DNA from: Antedon mediterranea
Lineage: Eukaryota; Animalia; Echinodermata
Direction of reading: 5' to 3'
Assembly (NCBI RefSeq): GCF_964355755.1
Contig: NC_092675.1
Location: 15,844,912-15,908,911 of the forward strand
Length of the DNA stretch: 64,000 nt
Below the pieces are notes generated by a model. The model had not been told where the DNA came from. It was given only the letters and a program-made list of their open reading frames with translations, and did no database searches. The first letter of the stretch is position 1. Every line of letters begins with the position of its first letter. The position numbers and the translations under genes were made by a program. Shown here piece by piece: positions 55,001-61,000 of this stretch.

Positions 55001-58000
55001 CATCAGTAGCATTCATGATGTTAGGTGGACAAGTGAAATTAGGGGCTTGGCCATCTGAAACAAAATTAAAATATAATGTTTATTATGTACCCTGCTTTGA
55101 TGCATTGTTCCCTAAAAACATGAAAAATGAAGAGTAATAAAAAAAGATTTGAATTTTTTCATTTATAAAAAGACAAAATAAACGGTTAAATTCAACCAAT
55201 TGACTTCCAGCCAAATTTTTGCTTTAAATTAATTATTTTCAGGTAAATATTTTGTTTTCTGATCCAATTTTTGGTCAACATGAATACTATTATGGGACAT
55301 TAAAATGGCATATTCAACAAAAACGTTTATTTTTTTAAGGAGACAATATATCTTTAATATCTTTGATTGTAAACATGATTTCCATCTATACATGCAGGTA
55401 GATCGGACATTAGTATATTGAAGTACATACATGCAGGTAGATCGGACATTGGTATATTGAAGCACATACATGCAGGTAGATCGGACATTAGTATATTGAA
55501 GTACATACATGCAGGTAGATCGGACAATAGTATATTGAAGTACATACATGCAGGTAGATCGGACATTAGTATATTGAAGTACATACATGCAGGTAGATCG
55601 GACATTGGTATATTGAAGTACATACATGCAGGTAGATCGGACATTAGTATATTGAAGTACATACATGCAGGTAGATCGGACATTGGTATATTGAAGTACA
55701 TACATGCAGGTAGATCGGACATTAGTATATTGAAGTACATACATGCAGGTAGATCGGACATTAGTATATTGAAGTACATACATGCAGGTAGATCGGACAT
55801 TGGTATATTGAAGTACATACATGCAGGTAGATCGGACATTAGTATATTGAAGTACATACATGCAGGTAGATCGGACATTGGTATATTGAAGTACATACAT
55901 GCAGGTAGATCGGACATTAGTATATTGAAGTACATACATGCAGGTAGATCGGACATTAGTATATTGAAGTACATACATGCAGGTAGATCGGACATTGGTA
56001 TATTGAAGTACATACATGCAGGTAGATCGGACATTAGTATATTGAAGTACATACATGCAGGTAGATCGGACATTAGTATATTGAAGTACATACATGCAGG
56101 TAGATCGGACATTGGTATATTGAAGTACATACATGCAGGTAGATCGGACATTGGTATATTGAAGTACATACATGCAGGTAGATCGGACATTAGTATATTG
56201 AAGTACATACATGCAGGTAGATCAGACATTGGTATATTGAAGTACATACATGCAGGTAGATCGGACATTGGTATATTGAAGTACATACATGCAGGTAGAT
56301 CGGACATTGGTATATTGAAGTACATACATGCAGGTAGATCGGACATTAGTATATTGAAGTACATACATGCAGGTAGATCGGACATTGGTATATTGAAGCA
56401 CATACATGCAGGTAGATCGGACATTAGTATATTGAAGTACATACATGCAGGTAGATCGGACATTAGTATATTGATTAAATTGCATTGATGTTTTTGAAAG
56501 TTTTACAGTGTGCACACCAAAACAATACTTGAAAATGAATAAATTTATTTCAACGACCCAGAAAACCTACAATATGAAATATTAGCAATGTTACAAGCAT
56601 ACTTGTGATACTGATAAAACACACATTCCAGATATTTAATCTAATTGTTATGTAAAATATAAATCAAGGTAAGGGCGTGTGGCGCAGTGTGTTGGACGTT
56701 GGACTACCGATCGTCAGACCTAGGTTCGAATCCAACTCTCGCCGCATTGCTTGTATCCGTAGGCAAGATACTTTACTTACGTTGCCTCTCTCCACCCAGG
56801 TGTATTTATGGGTACCCAGTTAGATCTAGACACAACTTTGCGCTGGTTACCGGATGCATTATGGGAGTATGTTTCCATACGTGTTTGATCCCAAAAAATA
56901 CTGGGGTAATAATGCTTGTAAAGCGCCTTTGAGCATGATTACTCATGAAAAGGGCGCTATATAAATGTGGTATTATTATTATTATTATTATGCATGCATA
57001 CTTTTTACTATTGTTACCATTTATTTTACTACATAGGATTCACAACAGTTTTATGAAGGGCTGTCAAGACCATAAAACCAGATTTAGATGTTGACAGATC
57101 TAAAATCAAAGCCAACAAGAATCCTCAATAAATCCAAATGTTTTAATTGGTCCGATTAAAAGATTTATATACTTGATGTTCAGTCTCAAGCATGGTGTAC
57201 ATGAGGTCCATGGACTACATGATATCCTAGGAATCATAAAATATATCTGTACAATCAACTGTATATACCAAAAGTTAGGTCACATGAAATGGTAATGTTA
57301 TGGATTTTAGATGCATGTTAGATTGTTACAAGATTGAATATAATATGCATATCATATATTTTATTTATGATGTGTAATATATTTTTAATCAACATTCATA
57401 GGAGGAAGTAATTACAAAAAAATGCCAATGATGAGTCTATAATTATTGAACACCAAGTTAGTTGTAATCATAATCAGTTAATTGATCATACTGACAGTTG
57501 ATCCTAATCAGTTAGTTGATTTGAATCAGTTATTTGATGACCATAATAAGTTATTAGTTGATCATAGTCAGTTAGTTATTGTTAAATCAGTTATTGATAA
57601 TCTTACCCATTGTTGTAAGAGCTACAGTAGTGGGATCTAATGTTGTAACTTCTACAGTAGTGGGATCTAATGTTGTAACTTCTACAGTAGTGGGATCTAA
57701 TGTCGCAACTTCTACAGTAAATTAAAATCAAATATAAACAAAGAAAATGCAACAAATTCAGTGAGAGAAAACAAAAAAAGAAAAGTGCAAAGTATATGCA
57801 GAAACTGGAATTACTGACTTTACACTTTGTATTTTAATAGAACTTCCATATGAGAAAAATATCTATTGTGCACTGTATGTTGTTATTAGTATTTCATAAT
57901 AATTATATATTGTAGTAAGATTGTGAGGTGAAAAACAAAACAACCTAAAGAATATAGTGCAAAAGATAAATATTAGGAAAAAACCATCTATGACACAAAA

Positions 58001-61000
58001 CAGACAGTAAAGAATATATATTTCATATAAATATTACTAATTATTGTAATAATATATAAATAAAGATAAAAGATAATAAAAACAATTATAACACCAAGAA
58101 CTCTATTATGCTAAAAAAAAAAGCTGCAGCATTGTAATTTTTTCAGTAATTTTCCTTTAGAATTATTATTTGGTTATATTATTTTTCATTATTATTATTC
58201 TTACCCGGTGTTGTTTGTAACTTGGTAGTGGGAGGATTGGTTGTAACACCTATAGTGGATTAAAAAAAAATGAAGTAAAATAATGCAAAAGAAATTAACA
58301 TACAAACATAACAATATTGAAAGGTTTTGTCTATATATAATTATTATGAATCTTTAGATTTGAGACAACCTAGTAATAGGTTAGGTCATGTTAATTCTTT
58401 GTGTGCATCCGTTGAAGTTGGGATGGCTTCATCACCAGATTCTTGACACAATTTTGATAAATGCGTAGGCTCAAAGTTGTCCCAAATGTTTCTACAACTA
58501 AAGTCCAAGAAAAATAAGTTCCAATATTATTTTACTTCCTAAATATTGTACCTAATTTGCATAAGCAGGCAGAAAATATAGCTGACTGCTGCAATATTAC
58601 AGTATCACAGCGTTTTGTTAAATATCTTATAGCAAACCAATCAAATGTTTTTAACTACAGTATTATACATCATTTTATCATATTTCATTTAGAAATGTTT
58701 ATATATTTTATTGATTTTGATTTATTTAATTTTAACAATGACATCAGTTTGACATAATAGAAAAATATTGTCCTGAAAGAAGCATTATGTATGTGTGGTC
58801 AGAATGATGCAATTGTATAGTAGGGTTTGGTCAGTGTTCTTTAAAGCTTAAGTACAGGCATGAATTTTAAACATAATATCTGGTTAATTGTACATACAGT
58901 GTAAATCAAATATTTGTTACTAGAAATCTAGACAAAAAAACATTACGGTAATTTCCCTTAAAATGGTCAAATACAAAATTTGGCAAAATTCTGCTATAAA
59001 AACCAGGAAGACTTTTTGTCAGTAGTTTTTGTTAGTAGGTGAAAAAAAGATGGTGGATATATGGTGGATAATTTTTGCTATAGCATGAAAATAAAACTCT
59101 GAAGTTGAATAAAAATACCAGAAACGTAAAATTCAAGTTACATTACCTAAATTTAGTAATCTGATATGATTTTTTACCTCACTGTTTATTTTTCATAGTT
59201 TTTTAAAAATGCATCTCTATTTACAACATTTGTGTACAAAAGAATAGGGATTTTTCTGTGTCATTTGAACTATCCTCCCATTGATCAAAAAGCTTGTGTA
59301 ACACAAATAAAATCCCAAAAATAGGGGAAACTATAGATCGATAATTATTGGAATGTATGATCAATAGAAATTTTTTTTCTTCTTTAAGATCTGGATTAAA
59401 TTTAAATACATAAATAAAAACATACACATGACACAAATAATATATGGTTATTTAAGTGTGTAAATATGTTTGTATGTATATATATATATATTCATTGATG
59501 ACATGGCATTTAGAGTGGTAAGATTATAGTGGGAAAGAAAGTCATAAAGCAGGAAAGGCGGACTAGTCAGATAAGGAGAATGTTTAGTCATGGAAAAAAG
59601 TATTAAATATGTAACAGTAACAACTCCCTGGTTGCAGTACTTTCATGCAATCTATGTATAATATTCACAGTGTTTTTAGACTTTTCTTTACCTACACCCG
59701 ATTCACACATACAAAAATCATAGAAAATAAACTCTGTAGCAAATTGTTAACTGAGTATCAACGTGTAAAAGTGTTTCTCTGCTGTTAGTAATCTTGACAG
59801 GCCTTGCTCTTTAAAAATTGGTTCCCAATAGGACACAAAGCAGGAAGGTACAGTGCAAATTAATTTGGCCAATTACGATGCGATCGATCATCCCAGAACT
59901 TGTGATCAGTTTAAGTGTGAACTAAGCTTTATACAGTAGCTGTAATACAGTACAGTACTTGCATATCTTTCCGAGTTTTTTACACTGCGTTTACATTACA
60001 AGCATGTGAAAATCTTGGAAAGATTAGCACAGGAGATACAGATAACAATTTGTTACATTCACGCTGTATGTGTGAAAAATGTTATGTTAAATGCTAAAGC
60101 TTTTTGATTGAGTAATTCCTCTTGAAGCACCACAGAAAGGCTATTGGGATGCGTTCCAAAATGTTCACCTGAAAGCTATATAGAGCTCCATGCTTGAACA
60201 GTATTGGGGATTATAAACAGGCTTTATAAACTGTTTGTTGGGTGTTTACACTGGTTGGAATGTCATAATATTCATTAGACATGGGTGGGGATAAATTTGA
60301 CTGCTTATTCCACAATCATCACCCACTCTATAAAAGATGAGGTAAAGCTTTGTATGATGTTAGTACAGTACTACCATATGATATTCTTACCATCTGTTGT
60401 TGTTTCACGCTCTGTTGTTTGGGTTGTCAATGTACTGTTAAAAGTTGAGTCTTGTTTAAAACAGAAATAAAAAAACAAAAACATAAAGAAACTAAAGAGA
60501 AGGATAAAGAAATACAAAATATGCACAAAGACATTGTAATTGAAGAAATTTTACAAACATATAGAACAAAAAATAATGAAATACATAAATTCACATAAAC
60601 TAAAAGGTGAGCTCGCTTCGCTTCCAGGAAGTGTAGACGATGGTTCTTGGAATGATAATGACTCAGGTAAAAAGGTAGTTCTTATATAGGGCGGAGGTGG
60701 GGAGGCGGAGTACATAAAAGGTGTTTTATAAAATTGTAAATCAAGTTATTTGTTGTACTTATTTATTTTTAATGCACAATAAATCATTTAAACTTACCAA
60801 TTACGAATTATTTAAAAGCTATAAATAACTCTGGGTTTTTAATTAATAGCTTTAATTAATGAGACACAAAAACAAAGTATGATAGCCAATTAATTAAATG
60901 ACACAGTTCATGACACATTTGGTTTATGACAGAATTATGAAAATAAATATACTATGTAAAATCGGTTCTAGGACACCTTCTCCCTAGACAGTCCCCCGGA

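Noticed and set aside
55229-56515. Four long overlapping ORFs (97-369 aa)
   Set aside because: By-products of a 39-bp minisatellite that lacks stops in several frames.
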